From: Myxococcota bacterium
Lineage (GTDB): Bacteria > Myxococcota_A > SURF-8
Assembly: GCA_965140415.1 (NCBI GenBank)
Contig: OZ223209.1
Coordinates: 3,968,001-4,032,000 of the forward strand
Direction: 5' to 3'
DNA length: 64,000 bases
Positions 19,655 to 29,813 of the stretch are shown here, piece after piece (the first letter of the stretch is position 1; each line of letters begins with the position of its first letter). The notes under the pieces were generated by a model that worked only from the letters and a program-made list of their open reading frames with translations, was not told the DNA's origin and ran no database searches. The position numbers and the translations under genes were made by a program.

Positions 19655-20044
19655 TTACGGCAGAAATTTTTCTACTTCGTTTGCAAACTCGCGGGTATCG
19701 ATTGGTTTAGGAATGTAGCCATTAAATCCATTTTGAAGGAAACGTTCTTCGTCCCCTTTCATGGCAAATGCTGTAAGCGCAATAATCGGGATCTTTTTGG
19801 TTTCACTTTTTTCGCGCAACAAACGAGCTGCTTCCAGCCCGTTCAAAATCGGCAGTTGGATATCCATAATCACTAGATCAGGGCGATGCAAACGGGCAAT
19901 ATTAATTCCCTCTTCTCCATCCGTGGCGACCAGAATAGTATGCCCCTTCAGTTCGAGCAGATCTCTACAAAGCTTCAAGTTTTTCGGATTATCCTCTACG
20001 ATCAGAATCGTGCTAGGCAGTTTCCGCAACATCTCCTCCTTCAC
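19655..20044 (-). CDS. Single-domain response regulator (DivK-like)
   Basis: ILIVEDN, PDLVIMDIQLP, IIALTAFAMKGD, YIPKP. Confidence 0.92.
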   Translation of the reverse strand: MKEEMLRKLPSTILIVEDNPKNLKLCRDLLELKGHTILVATDGEEGINIARLHRPDLVIMDIQLPILNGLEAARLLREKSETKKIPIIALTAFAMKGDEERFLQNGFNGYIPKPIDTREFANEVEKFLP

Positions 20045-20261
20045 TGCGTAACATGAGCAGCAATTTTGCTATTTTACCATCTTGCCATGGCACTTCAAAA
20101 GAAAATCTGGCGATTAGAGCGGAATTCAGTTGAAATTGGCATCAATCCAGCGGAATCAGGAAAATAGGCAGCAAAGCCGACTTTACCCACTCAACTTCCA
20201 AAATCTGATGTATCACTGCAATGACATGGCAAAGTATGCAGTGTACATCAATATTCAAACA

Positions 20262-20765
20262 TCAATGATCCGCTCCGGTAACCTCTTCGTGAGGAAGTCG
20301 AAGCTTAAAATCTTCATTGTGCATGAAACACATGGCAACTTTGCCATCTTTTACTTCGCAGGTTCCGAAACGAAACGTAACATCTATGGTTGGTGTACCT
20401 TTAAAATCCGTCGAGAATTCATAAGGTAACTCAAACTCCAAGCCGTTCTCAACGGCTTTCTTGGCATCCGCTTTTCTCAATGTTGTTTTGGGCAGCAGAA
20501 TTCCTGGCTGCACTTTGACAACAAGCTTTACTGGAAACTCAAGATTGATCTTTCGCCCTGTTTTAGGCTTAACACTGATCGCCACTTTCCCCTTGTTTTT
20601 TTGTGGTGATGGCATGTCAATATGCAACTGATAATTCGGGTTATTTCGCACAGACGCAGTATCTTTACTGGTTTCAGTTGTATCTGCCCAAACAAAGGAC
20701 ATCGATAAAACCAAAAGAAGCACGGACAAACTTGCAGTAGAAACAATTGATTTTACAAACAGCAT
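20262..20765 (-). CDS. Secreted protein, Ig-like fold resembling the DsbD N-domain
   Basis: Signal peptide ending VWA; KINLEFP; C-terminal Cys pair FGTC-x8-CF. Confidence 0.55.
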   Translation of the reverse strand: MLFVKSIVSTASLSVLLLVLSMSFVWADTTETSKDTASVRNNPNYQLHIDMPSPQKNKGKVAISVKPKTGRKINLEFPVKLVVKVQPGILLPKTTLRKADAKKAVENGLEFELPYEFSTDFKGTPTIDVTFRFGTCEVKDGKVAMCFMHNEDFKLRLPHEEVTGADH

Positions 20766-20814
20766 GACAACTCTCGTTTATTTGTTTTGCATGATGGTTT
20801 TGGAAACTTGGGAT

Positions 20815-21249
20815 TTACTGAATCGGGATTGTACGAGCTTTGCGCTTGGGCAAACGAATTTCTAAGAGTCCGTTATTTAAAGAAGTTGCGACTCCTTCTT
20901 CTTCGATTTCGCCGGACAAGCGAAAAGAACGTTCGAAATGCCCATAGTAGCGCTCGGCCTGGTGATAGGTTGCAGTGCTTTCCACACTTTCCGGTCTTCG
21001 TTCCCCGAAAACAGTCAATTCAGCTCCTTTGAGAACGATATGAATTTCCTTCTTTTTCAGACCGGGCAATTCACCATAAACCAAGTAGGCTTCATCGGTT
21101 TCAACGATATCAAAAGCGGGATCCCAGTTGATGTCGGTTCGAACTTCGCCAAAAGTTTCCATCTGGGTCAACCCATGCTTGACAAGTTCGTTCATCCTAC
21201 GCCGAATGTCCATCAACGTTTTATAAGGGTCGTAATTGTTTCGGCCCAT
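20815..21249 (-). CDS. Hsp20/alpha-crystallin small heat-shock protein
   Basis: PAFDIVET, ELPGL, LTVFGERR, ERYYGHFERSFRL, NGLLEIRLPK, C-terminal IPI. Confidence 0.93.
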   Translation of the reverse strand: MGRNNYDPYKTLMDIRRRMNELVKHGLTQMETFGEVRTDINWDPAFDIVETDEAYLVYGELPGLKKKEIHIVLKGAELTVFGERRPESVESTATYHQAERYYGHFERSFRLSGEIEEEGVATSLNNGLLEIRLPKRKARTIPIQ

Positions 21250-21307
21250 TTTTAGAACCCCTTCCTCATCTCCGTTTGTCACACGTTCATAGCTTGCTTT
21301 CGCAATA

Positions 21308-21337
21308 AGCATAGGACCATACATCACCTGGTGTCAA
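21308..21337 (-). promoter_or_regulatory. sigma70-type promoter for hsp20
   Basis: TTGACA-N18-TATGCT. Confidence 0.45.
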
Positions 21338-21340
21338 GAG

Positions 21341-21850
21341 CTATTCACTTGATTTTCCCAGGGATTGCAGCATCCTTTCACTGATCCGTTTGCGAACTCG
21401 CAACTGGTAACGGTAGGCTCGTTCGATAATCGTCTTCAATTCCGGATCGGAAGCATGATCGGTAATGTTTTTAATGCGCTGTTCATCCAGGTAGTCAGTC
21501 AAAGGGAGCTCTTCCCGCTCCGCCTGCGCTTCGAACTCGGCTAAAGGAATCACCTTCATTTTGATGGAACGGATGTTTTTCTCCGGCAGCTTCTGTCGTA
21601 ATCGATCCAATATCGCAGGAATGTGAAACTGCAATTCATTCATCCAGGCAGAGGATTCTACCGCCAGCACCAGCACATCTTTACGGACGCGAAGCGGCAC
21701 AGTGTGTTTGGCAACCATATCTCCAACGGTTTCAGTCCAAACGGAGCGCACCATGAAGCTATTCAGCCGCCCGCGAAAGCGCAGATAGCCAGCCATGCGC
21801 TGCAAGACTTTCGAAGCTGTTTCCACATTGTGATAACGCACACTCACCAC
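21341..21850 (-). CDS. DUF721/DciA family protein
   Basis: WTETVG..VAKHT.P......LVLAVESSAWMNELQF....IL..L DUF721 pattern. Confidence 0.8.
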   Translation of the reverse strand: MVSVRYHNVETASKVLQRMAGYLRFRGRLNSFMVRSVWTETVGDMVAKHTVPLRVRKDVLVLAVESSAWMNELQFHIPAILDRLRQKLPEKNIRSIKMKVIPLAEFEAQAEREELPLTDYLDEQRIKNITDHASDPELKTIIERAYRYQLRVRKRISERMLQSLGKSSE

Positions 21851-22006
21851 GACACCTCACACTGCTTTCCACCTGATAATAAGACCTGCAAAGGGAATGG
21901 TTTTATTTCTCAATTCCGAAAAAAACTCCGCTTTTAATTTCGATGATTAAAACACCCGAACTTAAAAAACGTACAACGATGAGAAAACCTTAAACTGGGA
22001 TAACAA

Positions 22007-24160
22007 TCACTCGCTTTCATCCTCTTCATTTGAACCGGATTCGGCAATGGGGAAATACACGAAGAAAGTCGAGCCTTCATCGACTTTGCTTTCGACTTTG
22101 ATATCCCCGCCATATTGATTGATGATGCGATAAGCCACATTCAAACCGATACCGGTTCCTCTTCCACTGGGCTTGGTGGTAAACAATGGAGCGAATATCT
22201 TGTCCAGATTCTCTTCTGTAATACCACAGCCGGTATCTTCGACCTCGGCAACTACCATGAGATCGTCGTAAGTCCGTAAACGTAACAATAACGAGCCCTT
22301 GCCTTCCATGGCATCAATCGCATTGACGATCAGATTGATGAAAATCTGCTGGCATTGTCCCTTGTTTCCACGAACCGCGGGCACCGGCTGGAAATCGCGC
22401 TTGACGATAATATCCCCGAAACTGCGAGTGTGATAGGCTAACTCCAGGGATTCCTTGATCACTTCGACCAGATCCACCGAGCCAACCTGATCGTTTTTGA
22501 CGGTTCGGGCGTAATTGGACAGTTCACGCACGATCTCCGCCATACGGTTAATGTACTCGATCATATCGCGTGTGGAAGATTTTACCTTGAGTTGGTTGTT
22601 AATATTCTTCAGGATATATTGCGACTTTAACAGAAGCGCCTGCAAAGGATTGTTGATTTCATGGGCGACACCAGCCGCCAGGATACCGATACCAGCCAAC
22701 TTTTCAGATTGAACCAGCTGAAACTGCATGGAACGCATTTCACTGAGCGAACTTTCAAGTTCATTCGTACGCTCCTGAACCCGCTTTTCCAGATTGCCGA
22801 CATAGCGCCTTAGTTTGCGCTCCATCTTTTTGTAAGCAGTAATATCATGCAACACACCGATGATGTGCGGATCATCATGGAAAGAAGCCAATTGGGCTTT
22901 ACATTCCACGACTGATTTCGAACCATCTTTGCGCTTCATCATAAATTCTACCGGAGGAGAACCTTTTCCCGACCGAATTTGATTCCACCATTGCAACACC
23001 GCACGATCATCGCGAGTAACAATCAAGTCCAAAAAGTTCTTTCCAATCAATTCGTTCCTATGAAATCCCGTAATCCTGGCAAAAGCGCGATTGATAAAAA
23101 TCAGCTTTCCGTTCTGAGTGATGAAATAACCTTCATTGATTTCCTCGATCAACTGCCTGTACCGTTGCTCAGTCTCATCCAAATCTTTGCTACGCTCTTC
23201 AATGATCTGCTGCAAATCGTTGGTATAGCGCCACAGTTGCTCCTGCAAATCCCGCTTTTCTGAAATGTCCAAGCCCATTCCCAGGATTCCAACGATTTTT
23301 CCCGATTCGTATTGAATCGGAAGCATCGAAAACGCAACCAGGACTTTACGACCATCCATGGCTTTAAATGGAACTTCCGCTTCCCAACGTCGATTGATCA
23401 GTTGTGGTGCTTCGTTAGGATCAAACAGAATGGGCTGCTCCGCTTCGTGATCTCCCAATTCGGCCAGCTTTCGCCCAATCAACTCGTTTATAGGGTAACC
23501 CAGCGCTCTCCTGACCGATTCGGAGCAACTCCGAATCGCGAAATCCCGATCCAATACAAAAATCAAGAAATCACCATCATATGCAAGCACCGTCCGAATG
23601 AAGCTCTGTAACCGATCCAGTTGCTTCAGAGATTCTTCCGCCGCAGCCTGGCGAATGGCCAGTTCGGATGGAGGGGGTGGCTGCATATTGGTTTCTGCTA
23701 CCGCTTGAGATGTATTGGCCGATAGTTCCACCTCGGTGTCAGACCATTCGGAATCGAAACTAGGAGCGCCTCCACCGAATAACAAACTGGCTTTGTTAAA
23801 TGCCGCCGATAACCAACTGTCATACAAGGGGAATTGGAAATCGAAAAATTGTTTAAATTCATCAGGCTGGAGTTGATCGACAAACTTGTACTTCAACAAC
23901 GTGAGCGCCTGAAAATATGGCAGATATCCTCCAGGATCGTATGGTTCAGACGCCAGACATGGAGGAAGCTGATGCAACATGCGGGCAAGCAAATCCAATT
24001 CGTGACGTATTAGAGATTCCTTTAATGAAATCAACAACAGACGAGCATTCTTGCGCGTCATTCGACTTGAGGATTCCGAAGTACGTTCGAAAAAGCGCTG
24101 CAAATGCACGGTCAGTGCATCCAGATCGCGTTCGATAATTTCCTCTATCTTCACAGGCAT
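22007..24160 (-). CDS. Cytoplasmic PAS-PAS sensor histidine kinase
   Basis: Two PAS/PAC domains (DISEKR, DITAYK); [47 protein letters not shown]. Confidence 0.92.
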   Translation of the reverse strand: MPVKIEEIIERDLDALTVHLQRFFERTSESSSRMTRKNARLLLISLKESLIRHELDLLARMLHQLPPCLASEPYDPGGYLPYFQALTLLKYKFVDQLQPDEFKQFFDFQFPLYDSWLSAAFNKASLLFGGGAPSFDSEWSDTEVELSANTSQAVAETNMQPPPPSELAIRQAAAEESLKQLDRLQSFIRTVLAYDGDFLIFVLDRDFAIRSCSESVRRALGYPINELIGRKLAELGDHEAEQPILFDPNEAPQLINRRWEAEVPFKAMDGRKVLVAFSMLPIQYESGKIVGILGMGLDISEKRDLQEQLWRYTNDLQQIIEERSKDLDETEQRYRQLIEEINEGYFITQNGKLIFINRAFARITGFHRNELIGKNFLDLIVTRDDRAVLQWWNQIRSGKGSPPVEFMMKRKDGSKSVVECKAQLASFHDDPHIIGVLHDITAYKKMERKLRRYVGNLEKRVQERTNELESSLSEMRSMQFQLVQSEKLAGIGILAAGVAHEINNPLQALLLKSQYILKNINNQLKVKSSTRDMIEYINRMAEIVRELSNYARTVKNDQVGSVDLVEVIKESLELAYHTRSFGDIIVKRDFQPVPAVRGNKGQCQQIFINLIVNAIDAMEGKGSLLLRLRTYDDLMVVAEVEDTGCGITEENLDKIFAPLFTTKPSGRGTGIGLNVAYRIINQYGGDIKVESKVDEGSTFFVYFPIAESGSNEEDESE

Positions 24161-24356
24161 AGGAAAAGTAAGCTAAATCCGTTAGTTAGATGTATAAGCA
24201 AAACCAATCGTCGTTGGATTATACATTAAAGTCGAGCTTTGTGAAGTATCAAAAAGAATTACGAAAAACTCCCCCATCGATGAATTCAAGAAGCGAATGC
24301 GTACTTGACCCCATCAATGGAGGAGTTGAACGTTCTGGTAATGAAAGAAAGATCGC

Positions 24357-27248
24357 TTACTCGCAGGTTGCCTTCAGTTCGATCTCGTCGAAACGCCCTG
24401 AATTACCATTGCCATAATGGTACAATTGGATTTTGGAAGCCTGCACCGCCGCGTGATGATAAAACGGCATATCCTGCTGGATCAATCCATCGTCCAGGTA
24501 CACATCTGCCGTTTTCGCATCCCAATCAAACACCAATCCGATTTTAAACCAACGGTTGGCAACACACGTATTCAACGCCACATGTCCATTGGCGTTTTCC
24601 TGTCCTAGGAAAAACTGCAAACCCGTAGTTGTAATATTGAAATGAGCGATGATCTTTTCGTTGTTCTCGGAATCCGGCCCATAGAGCAGAACATAGTTTT
24701 TGAACTGACTGCTGCTCAGGCATTCATCGGTCTGAACCCAGAAGGACATCGCGCATGGCTGGTACGGATTAAAGCTTTTTTGTAAACCATGATAGTGAGC
24801 GCTGCTGACCGTTTTCGTCAATAGCAGGCTATTGTTGCTGCCATCGGCAGCCGTCGAAGAATCGACCTGGGCGGAGAAATCGGTGCCGATTGTCTCCCAG
24901 GCATCCATCGTTCCATCTTCAAACCCATCTCCGCTCCAAGGCTGCGGCGGTTCTACATATTCTGCCGTCACCTCACCAGATGCTAGTGCAGATTCGAACT
25001 GTGACCAGGCTTGCGAATCTTCTTTCAAATAGTGATCCAGCCAAGGCACAATGTATTGCAAAGCTAAAGGAGTCTGAGCGCCTGAACCGATTGTGCTTCC
25101 TTGATGGTTGCTGGGAATAGGTGTTCCGTAGAAACAATGGTCATAGTAATATTCCGCGTTTTCACAAGTAGTCAGTCCAGGACCACTCGGATCGCTATAG
25201 CCGCAGTGATCGCCTTGATCGATCGTCACACGGAACTTTCCTTGGTCACCGGGTAAGTTGTCGTAGATCGGCTCGGAATGAACCACTGGCGGCGTAATGC
25301 AATCCTCACCCGCATCCAAAATCAAAGCCGGAATCGTCACACCCGCAGCAGCATTGATCGGCCACGTACCACTGATCGGATCGGCGTCTGACAAATCTCC
25401 CAATGGTGCGAGAGACACGATTGTTACTGGAACCTGATGATTTCCACTGTCAGCCAATGCATTGGCCGCTGCATTGAAATCCGCTCCCGCACCGGTAGAG
25501 TGTCCCATCAAGGCGGAAGCTTGTCCCACATGCCCATTGAACATGGAGGAGGAATCCGAACCGAGTTGCTGCATCTTGTCCAGCAGGAAATTCAAGTCGA
25601 TGGCATAGGCATCGACATCAATGGTAGCATTCGAACTCAACTTGTTCGCCAAGACCACGATGTATCCTCTCGGCACCAGTTCTTCCCACAGATAGGCATA
25701 ATCCGCGTAGTTTTGCTGATATCCATGTCCGAATACCACAACCGGAAAAACACCGTTTGCCACAGCAGCAGTTGTTCTGGCACTTATAGCCGGATAGCGA
25801 ATCTCGGCAGGAAAGCCGCCACTTCCATATTGGCTGTCATCGAAAACAACACTCGTTTCCCCAATCGCGTATTCGACCGGTTCAAGATCTCCATCAACTT
25901 GATCGCCATCCGCCAGATCACCATCAACCAGATCGCCGTCTACAACATCCCCGTCAACCCAGTCACCATCCGTCAGGTCACCATCGATGAAATCTCCATC
26001 GATCAGGTCGCCATCGACGAAATCCCCATCAATTACATCGCCATCGATCATGTTACAATCCTGCAACTGTTCGAATTCGTCGAAATATCCGACAGAGTTA
26101 CCCGAATAATGCCAGATGTTGATTCGTCCCACCGATTCGGCAGCACGTTTAAAAGAAACTGCAACTTGCTTCAACACACCATCCAAGTAGACATCCAAAG
26201 TCTGGTTTTCCCAGTCCGGTTCGACTTCCACGTGGAACCAGGTGCTTGGCACACACGCACCCAGGTTGTGATAGACAAACGCATCGTCCATCACACGCAG
26301 TTGCCCGGCGTTGATCACGAACCAGAAAAAAGTACCACCGCTATCCATATCGGTAAAGCTGACTCCGCTTTGATAACCTGTCGCTCCTGGACAAGTTTCC
26401 GTGTACACCCAAAATCCGATGCGGCAGGAAGCGCAAGCATCGAAAGAAATGTTTGCACCGCTGTCGTTGCCGTTGTCCTCGTTTTTTTCAAGCCGGAATG
26501 CATGCTCTGTACCATTCGCCCCCAATGTATCAATTGCACTGAGCGTATAGCGGGAATTCGCAGACCAGTCGTCTACATTTCCATCTTCGAAGTCATCACC
26601 AGGATAAGAACAGGAGCAACTACAATCCGGCACCACGAGTTCGTCATCGCCGTCTACCGGCGTGTCACCATCTATCGGAGTATCACCGTCTACCGGCATG
26701 TCACCATCCACCGGAGTGTCACCGTCTACTGGCATGTCACCATCTGCCGGATTGTCACCGTCGACTGGCATGTCACCGTCGACTGGCGTGTCACCATCTA
26801 CCGGCATGTCACCATCCACCGGCATGTCACCGTCGACTGGCGTGTCACCATCTACCGGCATGTCACCATCCACCGGCATGTCACCGTCGACTGGCGTGTC
26901 ACCATCGACCGGCATGTCGCCGTCTATCGGCGTGTCACCATCCACCGGAGTGTCGCCATCTACCGGCGTGTCTCCGTCTACTGGCGTGTCACCGTCCACC
27001 GGAGAGTCACCGTCCACCGGAGTGTCACCGTCGACTGGCGTGTCACCATCCACCGGCGTGTCGCCATCTACCGGCGTGTCGCCATCTACCGGCGTGTCTC
27101 CGTCTACCGGCGTGTCACCGTCAATTGGAGAGTCATTGCTAATTTCCTGATCTCCATCGGAAGGGTTGTCGTCATCCCCACCGGAACAACTTGCAAGCAT
27201 CATCGTGCAACATAATGCGAGAATCCACAACCCCCATGTCGCTCTCAT
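24357..27248 (-). CDS. DGD-repeat lipoprotein with a chlorophyllase/cutinase-like alpha/beta hydrolase flanked by two beta-sandwich domains
   Basis: Lipobox LASC; FPVVVFGHG, GHSTGAG nucleophile elbow, GEDCIT (Asp), GDHCGY (His); duplicated GDxFEDG...FWV...DW...DVYLDG...FDE domains. Confidence 0.8.
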   Translation of the reverse strand: MRATWGLWILALCCTMMLASCSGGDDDNPSDGDQEISNDSPIDGDTPVDGDTPVDGDTPVDGDTPVDGDTPVDGDTPVDGDSPVDGDTPVDGDTPVDGDTPVDGDTPIDGDMPVDGDTPVDGDMPVDGDMPVDGDTPVDGDMPVDGDMPVDGDTPVDGDMPVDGDNPADGDMPVDGDTPVDGDMPVDGDTPIDGDTPVDGDDELVVPDCSCSCSYPGDDFEDGNVDDWSANSRYTLSAIDTLGANGTEHAFRLEKNEDNGNDSGANISFDACASCRIGFWVYTETCPGATGYQSGVSFTDMDSGGTFFWFVINAGQLRVMDDAFVYHNLGACVPSTWFHVEVEPDWENQTLDVYLDGVLKQVAVSFKRAAESVGRINIWHYSGNSVGYFDEFEQLQDCNMIDGDVIDGDFVDGDLIDGDFIDGDLTDGDWVDGDVVDGDLVDGDLADGDQVDGDLEPVEYAIGETSVVFDDSQYGSGGFPAEIRYPAISARTTAAVANGVFPVVVFGHGYQQNYADYAYLWEELVPRGYIVVLANKLSSNATIDVDAYAIDLNFLLDKMQQLGSDSSSMFNGHVGQASALMGHSTGAGADFNAAANALADSGNHQVPVTIVSLAPLGDLSDADPISGTWPINAAAGVTIPALILDAGEDCITPPVVHSEPIYDNLPGDQGKFRVTIDQGDHCGYSDPSGPGLTTCENAEYYYDHCFYGTPIPSNHQGSTIGSGAQTPLALQYIVPWLDHYLKEDSQAWSQFESALASGEVTAEYVEPPQPWSGDGFEDGTMDAWETIGTDFSAQVDSSTAADGSNNSLLLTKTVSSAHYHGLQKSFNPYQPCAMSFWVQTDECLSSSQFKNYVLLYGPDSENNEKIIAHFNITTTGLQFFLGQENANGHVALNTCVANRWFKIGLVFDWDAKTADVYLDDGLIQQDMPFYHHAAVQASKIQLYHYGNGNSGRFDEIELKATCE
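25887..26051 (-). repeat. 11 x 15-nt coding tandem repeat, xxDGD
   Basis: MIDGD VIDGD FVDGD LIDGD FIDGD LTDGD WVDGD VVDGD LVDGD LADGD QVDGD. Confidence 0.95.
26643..27128 (-). repeat. 27 x 18-nt coding tandem repeat, P(V/I/A)DGD(T/M/S/N/D)
   Basis: Counted from the translation; 486 nt with synonymous variation between units. Confidence 0.95.
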
Positions 27249-27531
27249 CGCGTTTCTCCTTGAATTACTATAACTTCTCAAATTATTAAATTTTTTACGC
27301 TCCCTATACGGTAAATCACAGAAGAAGCCTTTCCCTGCATGGCACACGACATCAATGCAAGGAAAATTGAGTTTACCCATGTTCAACTAATCGGCAGTTT
27401 GTTCTGAATAATCAATAAAATCGTTATTATTCAAAAATGTAGGCAGGGCGAAACACAGTAGAAGAATTGCAGAATACACAAGGTTTGATGTTGCTTGAAC
27501 TTGGTATTGAAATAACCAATGAACCGTTGAG

Positions 27532-27912
27532 TTATCGATGCCTCGACAACCAAGCTAGAGCCTTATCCATGTCTTTTGTGACCATTGCATTGAACTCGGA
27601 GGATTCACTCAGCGCCTCAAACATTCGCCCAATTCCATAGGCAAAGGTGCTATCTACAACCAAAGCAATCCGTGCGCCTACCAACATATTTCGGAATGGA
27701 TACATTTCTGAAGTGATCTGCCTGAAATCCTCCAACCCTAAATCTGTTTCCTTTGTCATTCTGGCATCGTAAACTTCTCGCAAGGGCAATTTTAGATGAG
27801 GGTCAGCAAACAGAACTTTTGGATACTCAAAAAGATCGACTTTAGAAAGGAATTCCGGCACATCGATCAATACGATTCCAGTCTCTTCCTGAATTGTATA
27901 CTTCAATCCCAT
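27532..27912 (-). CDS. SpoIIAA-like (STAS/SEC14) small protein
   Basis: EVYDAR, RIALVVDSTFAYGIGRMFE, C-terminal ALAWL. Confidence 0.7.
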   Translation of the reverse strand: MGLKYTIQEETGIVLIDVPEFLSKVDLFEYPKVLFADPHLKLPLREVYDARMTKETDLGLEDFRQITSEMYPFRNMLVGARIALVVDSTFAYGIGRMFEALSESSEFNAMVTKDMDKALAWLSRHR

Positions 27913-28062
27913 ACCTACCTCGTGCAGTCAATCAGCGACCACTAAGTATCAGAAATTGGGTTGCACTTCAGATTCAACGTACTACAGGAACCGGACAGAA
28001 AATGTCCTATTGATTCATTCTTCTAGAAGAAATTAGAAAAAGCGTTGACAATTGAGAGCCAG

Positions 28063-28734
28063 TCAAAGTCGTCTGTTTAAACTGGCAATATAGTCACGGA
28101 TAGCCCTTTGGCCACCATCATGAAAGCGAATGAATTCAACACCTACGCCTGGAGAAGCATGCAGTAATTCGGCCATCTCCGTATTGATTACGTGCACGAC
28201 TTTAGCCTCGGCATGAATCACTTTCAACAAATCGACAAGTACCAGATGCAGGGCAACGACGGTGTTGATCGGCGGAGGGTTCCGAGTCCGCACGAACATG
28301 CCACCATGACGGATGTTCTGTTCATATTCGATGGCCAGATCCCGCTGAGTAGGAAACGCGACTCTCAAAACATGTCGAGTTCCAGGAGAATGTGCAAACT
28401 CCTGAAATCCTTCAATAACATTCTCAATTAGATTAAGATACTTCCCGTCCCTGTGAAGGATTTCCAGTCCAAGATCTTTTCTTGCCCCTAAATCGTGCAC
28501 TCCCAGATCATTGCCGGACCAGCAAACTCGCCCTTCCATCATAACCCGTTTTTTCTGTACAGGAATCAACACTTTAAGTTTGATATCAGGGTCAAACAGA
28601 GTATCCGCGCTGATGCACATGCCCTTTAAAGAAAGGTTCTTAACTGAACCAGAGAGGCTTGGAACCTCCGGACCGAAAAGTACCTTATTCAACCAAGGTA
28701 ACCGCCTTTGCCTTCGCATCTCCGGAGAACTCAT
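28063..28734 (-). CDS. Tandem PilZ-domain protein (second domain Myxococcus TIGR02266-like)
   Basis: Domain 1 has RRQRR and NLSLKG; domain 2 has NIRHGGMFVRT and PGVGVEF; start uncertain. Confidence 0.8.
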   Translation of the reverse strand: MSSPEMRRQRRLPWLNKVLFGPEVPSLSGSVKNLSLKGMCISADTLFDPDIKLKVLIPVQKKRVMMEGRVCWSGNDLGVHDLGARKDLGLEILHRDGKYLNLIENVIEGFQEFAHSPGTRHVLRVAFPTQRDLAIEYEQNIRHGGMFVRTRNPPPINTVVALHLVLVDLLKVIHAEAKVVHVINTEMAELLHASPGVGVEFIRFHDGGQRAIRDYIASLNRRL

Positions 28735-28912
28735 CGGAATTCCTTTCCGTGCACGATTCGGCATCTTTCTGTTTCTAGTCCATCCAAATAAACGATCACA
28801 TTCACGGGGAAAAAATGCCATAAATAGCAAGGCCGCCGTATTGAATTGCAATAAAAGAAAAACTCGAAATAATATCAAATAGAAAGCAGTCTCAGAATTG
28901 GAGGAAAAACCA

Positions 28913-29449
28913 ATGCATACACTGATCGTTTATCAAAGCTACTATGGTTCCACAGCCCAAATGGCGCGTTGGATCTCTCAGCGCATTGGCGGAATCGCCA
29001 AACCGGTTTCCGAAGTCACATCCATTGATGAATACGATCTGATCATCATTGGGACACCGATTTATTGCGAGCGCCCATTAGATGAAATCCAGCAATTCGT
29101 TGAACGTTATCGTGACGGTCTCTCGAATAAAGCCACTGCGGTTTACGCCGCTTGTCTGGATACAGAAGAGATCATTCTGGGTGGAAGACACGTTGGTCCG
29201 ATCACTTCGCTACAACCACTAGTAAACAAGCTCCCCTCTCCGCCATTATTGGTACAGGGGCTACCAGGAGAAGTACTGGCCGATCGTTTGACCCAAAAGC
29301 ACCGCGCAGATCTGGAAGACTATTTATCCGTCGTTTCCACGGGTTCCAACGTTCCCGGCATACACAACCGAACTTACATGGACAAAAGCCGGGTATGGCG
29401 TTTCGCCGAACGGGTGCAGTACTTGTTTGACAAACACGCTAAACGATAG
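28913..29449 (+). CDS. Flavodoxin-domain protein (HemG-like)
   Basis: LIVYQSYYGSTAQMA, YDLIIIGTPIY; GGAGG RBS. Confidence 0.8.
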   Translation: MHTLIVYQSYYGSTAQMARWISQRIGGIAKPVSEVTSIDEYDLIIIGTPIYCERPLDEIQQFVERYRDGLSNKATAVYAACLDTEEIILGGRHVGPITSLQPLVNKLPSPPLLVQGLPGEVLADRLTQKHRADLEDYLSVVSTGSNVPGIHNRTYMDKSRVWRFAERVQYLFDKHAKR

Positions 29450-29813
29450 ACCCAGCGTCATTGCATTGCCGTAATTGATTTTCGTCTCACTACTAACCCC
29501 ATTGGTTGTTTTCCTACTGTTCGTAATGCAACCCAAATTGACCTCGACAATTACGGTTGAATATTGTAGCTTGAAAGGGAGGGATGATTTGGAAGACAAC
29601 TACGTTCGAGGTGGCATCCGCAGTAGATAGCAACTGCTGATGAAAGAAGCGAGGGAGAGTTTCGTGCGTAATACTGGCCCTCGTCAGCGAGTGTAAAAAT
29701 CAGAAGCTTCTTTAAGTCATGTACCTTCTTTGGCAACTTTTCCTTCATTAGTCGCCATTCGAAGTTGAAGACAAAAGGTTTGCCAAACGAGATTCGTTAA
29801 TAGGATTGCAAAT

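Noticed and set aside
21250-21340. CIRCE or other heat-shock operator upstream of hsp20
   Set aside because: TTAGCACTC-N9-GAGTGCTAA is absent; only a sigma70-like promoter is seen
26643-27128. Tandem repeats as a possible CRISPR array
   Set aside because: Contiguous in-frame 18-nt units with no unique spacers, and no cas genes nearby
25437-27215. Long plus-strand ORFs (592 aa and 162 aa) with HRHVTV/SPSTG repeats
   Set aside because: Antisense shadows of the DGD-repeat lipoprotein; the stop-free frames are explained by the repeat
29637-29700. CUGAUGA suggesting a hammerhead ribozyme or fluoride riboswitch
   Set aside because: No stem II followed by GAAA, and no GGnGAUGG..UCnCC 5' element
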